Below, piece by piece: positions 39,969 to 54,091 of a stretch of 64,000 bases of DNA. The DNA lies in the NCBI GenBank assembly GCA_012295275.1, contig CM022677.1, positions 23,622,001 through 23,686,000 on the forward strand, given 5' to 3'. A model generated the notes under the pieces. The model was not told where the DNA came from. It made no database searches and saw only the letters and a program-made list of their open reading frames with translations. The first letter of the stretch is position 1, and the number at the start of each line of letters is the position of its first letter. A program made the position numbers and the translations under genes. This DNA comes from Chrysomallon squamiferum. Taxonomy: Eukaryota > Animalia > Mollusca.

Positions 39969-42900
39969 ACAAAGAAACAAATAAATAAGCAACCAAGCAA
40001 ACATGCAAGCAAGTAAATAACCAGACAAATACATAGATGATCAATTATACCAAACAGTCAGCTTTGGGTGCAAATAAAAAATGGCCGAGATTTTCAGTAG
40101 GGCAGAAGCTTTGCATATAATGAGTTTAATGTGAGTTGTTCTAAAGCTGATGCTATGATATTATTGTATCATCATTATGACAAAATAACAAAATGTTAGG
40201 TAATGAAATGTTAGGCACCATTTGTCATTGTATCTCTTGCATGACAGATTGTTCAGCTTTCGTGTTCTTTCTGTTGACTATAATATGTCTGTCAAGAAAA
40301 ACAATCTACAGAAGAAAAAAAAAATTCTTCTGTTGTCATAGACCTATTAGTTATAAAGTTATTGTCATAGTGAAGTCAAAATTCGTATTAAAATTTGTTA
40401 TTTTAGAAAAATCTGTTTAAAAAAAAAAAAAACATAATTCATTAATCGTAAAAAGTAAAAATTAAATCCATAAATAAATATATAAATAAATAAATAAATA
40501 AATAAATAATAATAAGAAGAAATAAATCAACACAAAATAATTTAAAAATAGAGTGAAAACAGAAATGTTATCTGTTTCACATTTGAATAACTTTAACACA
40601 CACACACACACACACACACATTGATTTTTGCCAGTTAGGAATGATTACTTTGATTTACAATGATATTAAACATAGACCATCTACTTTCACATTATCTGTT
40701 TCCCTACATTAAGCAAAAGAGACAATGAAAATGGTGGATTTCAAATACAATAAATGGAAATATAGAAATAAATCATGCATTTATGTAGCAGAGATTTCTC
40801 TAATGATGTACTCCTTTTCAAATTAAAAACAGTAGAGATATTTTCTGCTGCATAAACATGGCAGCTGGACTGATTGTTAATATTTTTGTGATTCATTAAC
40901 ATAAATGTGTTCTGTTAGCCCTTTCGCTATTGCTGAATGGACTATTAGTCTTTCATTTTCTATAATGTTCTAAATAACTAAATAATCTCTGATCAATGTA
41001 TTCATTTATTCATGGATAAAAACTGCAAAAAATGGAGTAATTTGCAGTGGACAAAGTTAGAAGAACGGGCTCTATTTTCACCCTGCAGCATGTGATTATG
41101 GTCTGTAATGCGCACACATTAACTCTTACAAACACATGCATGAAATTATCTCAGGGACAGTCTGAATTACCCACATCAATGCATGGTAACCAGTAAAACC
41201 TAACAATGTTGTTAAAATATCAGTGTATGAAGTTTCCGTGCCATTCTCCACAACGATGACAAACACATATGTCCCTTTAGCCTTTTTAAAATGAAAATGA
41301 GATACCTAGCCACTGTCAGCTATTCCTATATCAATGGCAATTAGATTAATTTAAAGGTGCTTTTCTCTGATGTTGGGTGAAAAGTGGATCAACCTAAGGA
41401 CATGTACTGTGCAGTCATGTTAAATGTAAACTGTATCTCCCTTAAACAGTTGTACAGCTGCTTATGTATGACAGGAAGTCTGCAGAGTATTTGACAATCT
41501 AGTCTTGATGTTGTAATCTACTCTTGCTGACGTCATTAAATTATCCCAGTTAATTGAAAATGAGTACAAAATATCCATATAATTTAAGATGTTGTTCTCA
41601 AGCACAAATCGATAATCTAGCATCAAACATATCAGTTCTTTTGCATACTTATAACGTGGAGACTCAGTAACATTTTGTCAAATAAAGTAATATCAACCAA
41701 AAATAAAATAAAAAATAAAACAACCACAGCATCATCACAAATATTTACAAATACATTTTTTAAAAATTCCACAAAAAACCCAAATACAAAAAATAAAAAA
41801 ATAAAAATAATATATAACAAAACAACAGCAACAAATAAATAACTGAATAAATAAATAATAAACAAAATTATATATATATATAACAAAATTAAAAATAACA
41901 CAAAGAAAAACCTTTAGGATTTTCTTGGTTCATAGCAGTACCTTGTTCTGGAAATAAATTTAGATAGCAGGCAGGCTAAACAAACAACAAAAATAAGTCT
42001 GTTCTGTTTAGAATATATTCTTAATAATGTCTCTCTCTAAATACATAAATAAAGCTAGAATACTAATAAAAGATAAAGTATTTATTTATTTTTTATAATT
42101 TACAATAAAAAGTACCTATTATTATTATTATTATTATAGTTCTGCTGTGTTTATTATTTTTGTCAGATGTGGGACACTATATTACTCCTAAGCAAGTATA
42201 TTTAGAATATAGTAACCTTTTCAAATATGAACATTAATAAATATAATTTAAAAGTAGAATTAACCTAATTTGTGAATAGAAATGCAACAAAAACGCTAAT
42301 CATGTAAAGTATTTTAGTGGTAATATTAAGATGCAGACTAAATGAATTCTCTTTATGATTCCGAACTATGATATTATTTCTTTCTACATACCAGCCTTTT
42401 CTCATATAACATGCATAGTCAGTTTCTTTGTTTCTTATATCGGTCTTTCAACAAGCACACATGCTTTATACATACAACTGCACAACATACATTCAAAACA
42501 CATGTACAGGGACCTCCTGTATTAAGAATAAATAGAATAGTTAATGCAATTAGTATAGTGTCGATGAAATCTGCGTGATGATTACCTGGACAAGGTATTT
42601 GCGAACAGCCAGAATTCATATTCATCACATCATTCCCTGGACATGGAAGTCCTCCAAACTGTGGTTTTGGATTTGTACATGTTCTTTTGTACTCCGTCTG
42701 TAGAGTACCTTCTCCACAGGTAACACTGCACACACTTTGACCTTCACTCCAAGATGTCCATCAACCATTGACTTATAAACAATTATACATTTCATATTTA
42801 TTACTCTGAAAATAACTATTTTTTTTTTTTTCTGTTTTATTTCATTATTAATATTATTGTTTTTTTTTTTTTTTATTTATTTATTTATTTATTTATTTTA

Positions 42901-43748
42901 GTTTCTTTATAAACAAAATGTAAATATAATAATGTTTTGCCAACAACTGAATGCATTTTTAAACCCCGTACCAATTAGATGCATGGCTAACAAATTTAGA
43001 AATCTGAAATTTTTTTGAATGAAATCTAAAAACAGGATTAATGTAACTGATGAAAATCAATATGACTGTATATGTAACATTAAAACTAATTCTTTAATAG
43101 CAACAACAGGAATTACTCTTAATATATTGTGAATTATACAAAGAACGTTCCACCAGCCAGGGATTTGATTTATCATTTATATATACATATATATTATAAT
43201 TTAATCAGATAATGATGAATACGAATTCTGGCTGTTCGGAAATACCTTGTCCAGGTAACCATCTCGCAGATTTCATTGATACTATACTAACTGCATTAAC
43301 TATTCTATTTATTCTCAATAAGATAATGAAATAACTAAATATTTGGAAAAAAACAAAAACTCAAGCAAAAACAACACAGCTTTTTTCTCTATTAAGAACA
43401 ACTGATTTAGTTAATGAGAATGAAATCTATGAATTTATTACCTGGACACTGTTGTTCCCAACATTCATTTATATCTCTCATCTTAGTAGATTCCCCTGCA
43501 CAGTCTATTCCTCCATATTGTGGTTTTGGATTTGTACACATCCTTGTGAAATGGATCTGTAAAGTACCTGTTCCACAGGAAACACTGCATGCACTACCAG
43601 ATACTGACCAAGCTGACCATCCTCCGTCAACTTATAAAGGAAATTAGACATTTTACATCTTAAAATAACTTATCACATAGCAATTTTATCTTTTTATTTT
43701 TTCTTATATTTTCTTCTTATTATTTTTATTTTATTTATTTATTTTCTT

Positions 43749-43780
<32 letters not shown>

Positions 43781-44064
43781 TTTTTGTTTCCTGATGCATT
43801 ATTTATCCGTATTTGGTATAAACAAAATATGAATAAAATAATGTTTCCAACAACTCAGTGTATTTCCAAACTCTCAGTACTTATTAGATGACTGGCTAAC
43901 ACATTAAGAAAATAGTAAATTAAACTGACACCTTTCTATTAATAAAATTTAAATATAATGACTAATAAAATTGATTAACATAATCAGTATAAATATAAAA
44001 TAATAAGAACAGTTTATTACCTGGACAATTTCTTTCACAGCAAGTTTTTGTGTGTGTGCGTGTG

Positions 44065-44098
<34 letters not shown>

Positions 44099-45601
44099 TT
44101 TGTGAGTGTGTGTGCATGATGATCATTATCAATAAGATAATGCAATCATTATATTTTTTAAAAACGATACTGCGTTTTTCTCTGTTAAGACAAATTTATT
44201 CATTTAAAGAAAAGAACAATGCAGATTTATTTACCTGGACAGTGTCCCTTCAAACAGATACTTGTATCTCCACTCCTAGTCAATTTCCCTGCACAGTATT
44301 TTCCTCCATATTGTGGTTCTGGATTTGTACACTTCCTTTTTAAAACAGACCGTTGAATACCACTTCCACAGGTAACACTGCATACAACTCGACCTTTCTC
44401 CCAAGATGTCCACCCACCATTGACTTATAAAAGTAATTAGATACTTTACATTTCATTACATTCTTAAAATAACTTATTTATTTATTTTCATACTATTATT
44501 ATATTTATTTATTTATTTATTTATTTATCCTTACTTGGTATAAACAAAATGTAAATATAATAATGTTTTACATACAACTGAATGTATTTCAAAACCCCAA
44601 TACTGTTTAGATGACATACTCAAACACTTAAAAATATATATATATATATATTTTTTTTGCTTATAATTTTTATTTGTTTTATTTAATTTAATTTTATTCT
44701 ATTATTATTATTATTTTTTTTTTTTTTTTTTTTTTAATATTTTATTTTCTGTTATCTTCTTCTTCTAAACTGTTTTCATACTTCTGCAAGTCTCTTACTT
44801 GGACAGCTTTTATCCCTACAAGTAGTTGTATTTTTACTCCTAGTAGATTCCCCTGCACACACTTTCCCTCCATATTGTGGTTCTGGATTTGTACATTTTC
44901 TTTTGGAAACTATCTGTAGAATACCGTTTCCACAGGTAACAGTACACACCTCTTGACCTTGGTCCCAAGATGTCCACCCACCATCGACTATAAAAGTAAT
45001 TAATACTCTTAATAAAACTTATGTACCAGTGTTATGTATTCCTATGATTCTTCTTCTTCTTCATCTTCTTCTTCTTCTTATTATTATTATTATATAAAAA
45101 GTGAAATAAAAAAAAAAAAAAAAAAATTATAATAAAATATCACTGACTCATAAAGGTAGACACTTTACATTAAATATTCTTGAAAAACTTATTCTGTAGC
45201 AATTTTATTATATTGTTTTTACTTATTACTATCATTAGTTTTCTTTGATTTATTTATTTATATTTTAATTTTATTTTTTATTTATTTTTGTTTCTTCGTG
45301 CATCATATCCTTATATGATACAAACAAAATATGAACTTAATAATGTTTCAACAACAACAGCAAATATTTGAAGACCCCAATATCAATTAGGTAAGTGGCT
45401 AACACACTTAGAAAATAATAAATTTATTTGATATCTTTTAGTAAGAAAAATTAAAAATAAGATTAATGTAACTGGTGAAGAGCAATATGATGCATAACTA
45501 AATATTGAACCCACAATAATAAGTAATTATTTTAATATATACTATATTATAACAAATAATGATTTTTATGTTATTTAATTGAACAGTGAATGAACTCATA
45601 T

Positions 45602-45632
<31 letters not shown>

Positions 45633-46328
45633 CATACATACATAGATAGATACATAGATAGATAGACAGACAGAAAGATAGATAGATAATCATTATGTGC
45701 AAGATAAAAAAAATCTTTAAAATATCTTTAAAAAATAAATACACCACTTTTCTTTATTAAGAACAATTTATTTATTTGTGAGTGTATTACCTGGACAGTT
45801 CATTTCCCAACATGTACTTGTATTTCTGCTCGTATGAGATTTTCCTGAACACACACTTCCCCCATGTTGTGGTTCTGGATTTGTACATTTTCTTTTGAAA
45901 ACCGTCTGAAAAGTACCGTTTCCACAGGTAACACTGCATGAACTTTCACCTTTCTCCCAAGATGTCCACCCACCATTGACTTACAAAAATAAGAAAACAC
46001 TTTACATTTAAATACTTAAAATAGCTTTTGGTCTAGCAATTTTATTTATTTATTTATTTATTTACTTTTGTTATATATCCTTACATGATACAAAGAAAAT
46101 ATGAAATTAATAATTTTAACCAACAACAGCACATATTTCAAGATCCCAATACCAATCAGGTAAATGGCTAACACATTTAGAAAATAATAAATTTATTTGA
46201 TATCTTTTAGTAAATTTATTTGATATCTTTTATATCAAAGAACGATTTTTATGTTATTTAATCAACCAGTGAATGAACTCATACATACATACATAGATAC
46301 ATAGATAAATATATAGATATATAGATAG

Positions 46329-46379
<51 letters not shown>

Positions 46380-49016
46380 CATTATGTGCAAGATAAAAAC
46401 AATCTCTGAAAAATCTTTAAAAAAAATACACCTCTTTTCTTTATTAAGAACAATTTATTTATTTGTGAGTCTATTACCTGGACAGTTTCTTTCCCAACAG
46501 CTACTTGTATTTTTACTGATAACAGATTCTCCTGAACACACAGTCCCCCCATTTTGTGGTTCTGGTTTTGTACATTCTCTTTTGTAAACCATTCGTTGAT
46601 AACCATTTCCACAGGTAGCACTGCATGAACTTTGAATTAGCTCCCAAGATGTCCACCCACCATTGACTTACAAAGGTAAGAAAACACTTTACATTTAAAT
46701 AATTAAAATAACTTTTGATCTACAATAATATTATATATTTTTTTAAATTTATTTATTTATTTGAAAAAATGCACACATGCAAATAAGAATTGATGATAGT
46801 CAGTTAGATTGAAGCACTGGAACCAATAAGCTGTTGTTAAAATATATTCTACATGATCCTGTTGATTATACTGTGGTGTCAGCCTAATTTCCTTTATATT
46901 TATATATTTTTTCTCTGTGTTTTTTTTCTTTTTAATCACATGCACACATATACACAGTTTTTGTTATTTATTTATTTTAAAATCTTTTTATATACAAAAA
47001 TTATTTTGTCTTTTAATTTCTTATTGTTTTATTTAATTTAATTTTATTCTATTATTATTATTTTTAAATTATTTTATGTTTTATCTGCTATTATCTTCTC
47101 TTTTCTCTTTTTTCATATTTATTAAAAAAAAAAAAAAGAAAAAAAAAAGTTCAAATAAATAATAATAATAACAAAAAATCACCAATCATGTACAATGAGC
47201 CACTGGCAACTAACATACTGGTGAAATATGTTGTACAAGATGGCATTTATTCATTTATTTATTTATTATTATTATTTTTGTTATTAATTATATCTAATGT
47301 TTATTTTTATTTTTTTATCTGGTTGTCTTATTACCTATTACCTATATATATATATATAGATAGATAGATAGATAGATAGAGATAGATAGATATACAGATA
47401 TAGCTAGTATATAGAAGATAATAAAATCAATAAATATTTGCAAAAACAATACAGCACGTTTCTCTGCTAAGAACAATTTATTAACTTAAGGATGTCTGCG
47501 AGTTTATTACCTGGACAGTGTTTACCCCTACAAGTAGATGTATTTTTGTTTGTAGTAGATTCCCCTGCACACTCTGCTCCTCCAAATTTTGGTTCTGGAT
47601 TTGAACACTTCCTTTTGAAAACTGTCACCAGAGTACCGTTTCCACAGGTAACACTGCATGAAGTTTCACCTTCCTCCCAAGATGCCCACCCACCATTGAC
47701 TTACAAAGGTAATGAAATAATTTACATTAATAATCTTAAAATAATGTATGACGCAGAACATTTATTTCCAATGTTATTTACTATTATTATGATTATTATT
47801 ATTATTATTATTTTTATATATATATTAAAAAAATATAAATATAAATAAATAATAATAAAATACCGCCAACAATGTTCTTGAGATTGATAATTGTAAGATT
47901 TTTCAAAATATAATCTACAAGACTGCATTTATTTTTCTCATGTGTCAGCATTTTTCTTTATATTTCATTTTCAATGTTTTTCTTGATCTCCTGTTAATAC
48001 ATACATGTATATGAAAATTCTGCAATTTATTACCTGGACAGTATTTTTCCAAACAGGTAATTGTATTTCTGTTCACAGTAAATTCACCTACACAATGTTT
48101 TCCTCCATATTGTGGTTCTGGATTTGTACACGACCTTTTGAAAACAGTCTGTAAAGTACCATTTCCACAGGTAGCACTGCATGAACTTCCACCTTTCTCC
48201 CAAGATGTCCACCGACCATTGACTTACAAAGGTAAGAAAACACTTTACATTTAATACTTTTAATACAACTTATGATGTACCAATTTTATTTTCAGTGTTA
48301 TTTATTTAATAATTATTATAATTATTATTATATAAAAAAGTTAAATAAATAAAAGAAATAATAATAAAATATCATCAACTTATAAAGGTGATCAGACACA
48401 TTATATTACAAATTCTTGAAAAATTTATGATGTAGCAATTTTATTATAATGTTTTTACTTTTCATTATCATTATTTTCCTTTTATTTATTTGTTTGTTTG
48501 TTTGTTTATTTATTTACTATGTTTTCTTCATGTTTATAATATCCTACTATATGATACATACAAAATTTGAAATTAATAATGTTTTACCAACAACAGCACA
48601 TATTTTAAGATCCAAATACCAATTAGGTAAGTGGCTAAAACGCTTAGAAAATAATAAATTTATTTTATATCTTTTAGTAAGAAAAATTAAAACTAGATTA
48701 ATGTAACTGGTGAAGAGCAATATGACTGCATACATAATAGTAAAACTAAATACTGAACAGCAATAATAAGAAATTATTTTAATATATATTATAACAAATA
48801 AAGATTTTTATGTTATTTAATCAAACAGTGTCTGATTTCATGTACACACACACACATAAATAAATAAATAAAATGATAATGATAAGTAAAAGCATTATAC
48901 TAAAATTGCTACATCATAAATTTTTGTAATGTAATGTGTCTGATTAGCTTTATAAGTTGATGATATTTTATTATTATTTTTTATTTATTTAACTTTTTTA
49001 TTTAAATATATTATTA

Positions 49017-49047
<31 letters not shown>

Positions 49048-49055
49048 TGATAGAC

Positions 49056-49087
<32 letters not shown>

Positions 49088-49580
49088 TGATTGATTGATT
49101 GATTTATAATCATTATATATAAGAAAAAACTGAGAAATCACTAAATATTTGAGAAAAAAAAAAAAAACCACTTTCCTTTATTAAGAACAATTTATTTATT
49201 TGTTGGTGAACACTTTGTGAGTTTATTACCTGGACAGTTTCTTTCCCAACAGATACCTGTATTTTTAATGATAACAGGTTCTCCTGGACACAAAAGTCCT
49301 CCATTTAGTGGTTCTGGATTTGTACATTGTCTTTCAAAAAGTGTCAGTTTAGTACCGTTTCCACAGGTAGCAGTGCATGAATTTAAAGCTTTCTCCCAAG
49401 ATGCCCACCCACCATCGACTTATAAAGGTAAGCAAAACATTTACGTTTAATATTCTTAAAATAACTTATAATCTAACAATTTCATTATCAATTTCTTATT
49501 ATTATTAATATCTTTGATATTTTCCTTTTATTATTTATTTTGTTATTATTATATTGAGTTTATTTTTTCTTATGTAATCA

Positions 49581-49626
<46 letters not shown>

Positions 49627-49949
49627 TTGTATTTGTATAAAAAGTTAAATAAATAAAAAAATATATTTTAAGATCCTAATACCAATTAGGTAAGTGTCTA
49701 ACACATTTAGAAAATAATAAATTTATTTGATATCTTTTAGTAAGAAAATTTAAAAATAGGATTAACGTAAGTGGTGAACAGCAATATGATGCATATTTAA
49801 TATTAAAACTAAATACTGATCCATGATAATATGAAATCATCTTAATATATACTATATTATATCAAAGAACAATTTTTTTGTTATTTTATTGACCAGCATC
49901 TGATTTCATACATACATAGATACATAGATACAGAAATATAGATAGGTAT

Positions 49950-49981
<32 letters not shown>

Positions 49982-52900
49982 TCATTATGTATAAGATAAA
50001 AAAAAAATCTAAATATTTGAAGAAAAAAAAAGAATACACCCCTTTTCTTTATTAAGAACAATTTATTTATTTGCTGATGAAAACTCTGCGAGTTACCTGA
50101 ACACTGACTTTTCCAACAGTATACTTGTATTTCTCATTATAACAGATTATAATTGGTTACTGTCTTAAGATTTCAACTTTATACTGCGAGGGCTAATAAC
50201 ACGAAATGCATATATTAGAATGACAGAAACCAGTTGTTTCTTTAATCTATACCACCTCAATATATATATATATATATAAATATATATATTTTCTCAAAAA
50301 ATCTTATCAATATGTTTGTTTTAGTATGAAAGTCTATTTTATCATGTCTTATCACTTGTTTCTTAACATACAGAAGTACAAATTATTTAGTATTCTTTCG
50401 AACCAGAATAACACTTCTTGGTTTATTACCAATTTTACATGGCTCCATACGAATTTTAGAACGGTGGCCTGTACAGTTTTTGCCACCAAATTGTGGTGTC
50501 GGTCTGTTACACTCTCTGATTTGTAGCACCTCAACTGCAGATGTTCCACAAGTAGCACTGCATGGTCCTTTGATGTCATAAGACCAAGTACCCCAGCCTC
50601 CGTCAACTAAAAAAAAGCAACAACAAACAACCTATTTATTTAACTGACAAACTTAACTAATATATGCAAATAAAGAAACAAATCTTCACAAAGTTTCTTT
50701 AACACTATTTGAGATTAAGTGACCTACATTGTGACGTGTTGTTATATTATTTTGTCGCATGTACGATCCAACTATTACTGATAACGAATAAAGGGGTCAT
50801 TACAGTTCAAATCACCAGTGGGTTTAACAGATTGGATTTTGCTTTAATTTGGTTTCTTGTTAGATCTTGAAATGACTAGCCCAAATCTGAAATATTAGTT
50901 CAATCGGTGCAGTTTTGGTGATATGAGACCCTAAAAATTCAGCTTTTTGCTAAAAAACTAAAAAATATATATGATTGTCACCACCCTTTTGAGACCCTGA
51001 TATCATGGTAATATGGATCGGTTCTGATGAAACTGCTGTCATTGGAAAGCTAACTTAATATATTATGGTCACCTGTTGTTTGACCTTGAATTCAACCTTG
51101 TCCTTCATTTGACCTTTAAATGACATCAAGTCAAAATTAAATTTAAAATATTACCTATACCATAAAATAATTTTTCCCAGATACACTATTCTTTAGATTT
51201 GTAATAAAACAGATCATACTTGACAATAAAATGCACATTTCACCACTTCTAAGGCATCTGTTTATACAAATACGAGGCTGTACAAACTTTGTCTAATTTT
51301 GGTGCTTTGTTGTATCATGACAACACCCTTGAAAGCATTTTATAAGAAATATGTAAAATAATTTTGGGCATTTAGAAGCTTTTGTTGTTATCAAGGCAAT
51401 GATTCAGAAGTCTAAATTTAATCACTAAAAGTGTTACTGTTTCCCCTGACCCAGTTATTTTACGAATGTAATAATTGATCCATTTGGGTTGAAATTGTAA
51501 GATCTGGTGCTTTGTTGTATCATGACAACACCCTTGATCCTCATCTTCTCAATCCAACATCTGTCCTCAGCTCCAAAACAGATAAATAGATGGTCCATGG
51601 AGACACATAATATTGATGTGATAGTCTCCATGCTCATCTGAATCAGGCCGGTATATGGTGTTCATTTAAAAAAAAAAAAATTGTCATTTCAGGTTTAGCT
51701 GTTATGTCAAATGTTTTTTCTTATTACTGAATACATAAACAGCTGGAAAGAAAATTGTCTATGAGTTACTTTTTGATTCTGTTATGGCAGGTAGTTTTGT
51801 TCTGTTGGTACCAATCCATTGCTGGTATATTCTGTTTATACAAAACATTCCTTAATTGCCCCATAATATACTTTTTATCCTACATAGAATACAGATTTCT
51901 AATGGAAACTTTCAAACATGATTTAGCTTTAGATTAGGGTTGTTTTTACAGACTTGGACAAACATGAGTTCCTGATAATCTAACAAGAACAAACCATTTT
52001 GGAGCAATGCTGCTAGTGAAAAAATCCAATCTGGTTAGGATTCTTTCCAGAAAAAAATAAGGCTCCTAGATATTCAATAAAAAAAATAGCTGCTTTTGAA
52101 TATTATACCTTCTTAAAAACTAGGAGAATATTTAACTGCAGGACATATCTGATTACTTTCATGAAAACTAATAATCTCATTTTCAGTTCATCTGACAAAA
52201 CTTTACCCTTATTCTTATCTCATTATCCTAATACAGCTTTTAAAACTATTTTGTTTGTGGCTGCAAACTGCCTCATAATCCTGCCTGTATTCCTAAATCA
52301 TAATCATCCAAGAAATGGATTGAAGATCAAAAGGTAAAAAGGTTATGTCAATTTAGATTCGGGATTCTTATCAAATTAGCTTTCCAGTTTCATCATAATT
52401 GACCAACTGGCTAGCAAGATATATCTGTCTACAAAAGGGGTGGTCAAAATTTGAGGGCCAAAGCTACTGCTCTGATTGAATTAATTTTTGAGAATTCGAC
52501 TAGAATTTTGTTTATAACTGGTAAAGGACATGTTTATACTGATGAAAGGTTTTATTCTAAAAAGTTCTAAGAGAATTGAGCATCTTGTTTCTGATAAAAC
52601 AGTAATAAATGAAGTAAATATGTTTATTACTTTAATACATTGCTTATTAATTTATTTAGATATTCATTCATATAATTAATAATAAACATCAGCAGTGGTA
52701 ACAATGATAGATAGCAATTATGTCTGAGTTTGTTCACAAAAACTGCAACTTACCCAAGTTGCTGTTACTGTTAATTTATTTGACTATTTTTGTATATTTA
52801 TCTGCAAACAAATTGTTTCATATTTTCTTAATGGTAATATTGTTATATATTTTATCTGCATAACTGTTATTGATTTTGTTGAAAGTATTTTCGAAGCTGT

Positions 52901-54043
52901 GGACAAGAAACTAAAATTTTACCAGCATCAAAACTATCAACATTTAACTCATTTAATAAATGAAAAGACTAAATAAAGGATTTCCTAAGACAAATATAAA
53001 AATAAAGACAGCAAATAAATGCACAATAAACAAAATATTTATTAAAGAGAATAATTTCAGAATTACTACTAGATAGTTAAATAGATATATACATATACTT
53101 ATAATATGTGAATTTATATATACAGTAGTTGTGAGCCAAAATCCAAGTTATGAGCAAGCTTCAGATATGCTGCCGCTAGATGGCACAACAAACAACCTAA
53201 CATCCAGCCAGCATCCTGCATCTCACTCGTTTACTTCACATGGTTAACTCACCATGGAAGAATCTCTGTTGTGTTGTGCTTTTTTCTGACCAAGGATCCT
53301 AAGGAAGTGAGTGCAAAGAACGGTGCTGAGAAGAAGAAGTGGATGATGTCCATTGAATTAAAGCTTGAATTCATAGAAAAACATGAGCGAGGTGTGCATG
53401 TAGTCAACTTGGTTAGGCAGTACAAGCATAGTATTTCTACGATATGTACCATGCCGAAGCTGAAGGAGTCAATAAAGACTGCAACTCCAGCCAAAGGCAT
53501 TAAAATAATGTGTTTTATCTCCAAGAAAATACATGTCACAAAACCAAGTTATTTCTTTATTTTCTCTTTTATTATTTTTTTGTTGTTGTCAATATTTGAC
53601 ATTTAAAAGTACATTTTTCTTATTTAAAATCATGTTACAAAAAACAAAACAAAATAGTGTGGTTTTTGGGTGGCTGGAATGGATTAATGGTATTTCAATT
53701 AGGTTCATTTGGGAAAATTGATTTGATATACGAACAAATTGAGATACGAGCTTGGTCAGAGAACAAATTAAACTCGTAAGTCAAGGTACCACTGTTTATA
53801 TATATATATATATATTTGTATGTATGTGTGTACATACAAACACACAACATCATATGAATAAAGTTAATTTCCTAACAAATTATATCAAAAACACTTTGCT
53901 AAAATATAATAAAAAGTATAAAACAAATTTTTTCTTTCCTTTTGTACAATATATAAAATAATTTTATAAAATAAGTTCAACATAATTAAGCAATCCAGCT
54001 GAATAGTTAGATATTTACAACAAACTTAGAAGAAACAACATAA

Positions 54044-54091
<48 letters not shown>

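Noticed and set aside
42761-42763. TGA as selenocysteine
   Set aside because: The position aligns with Gly, not Cys, in sibling exons; no SECIS identified.
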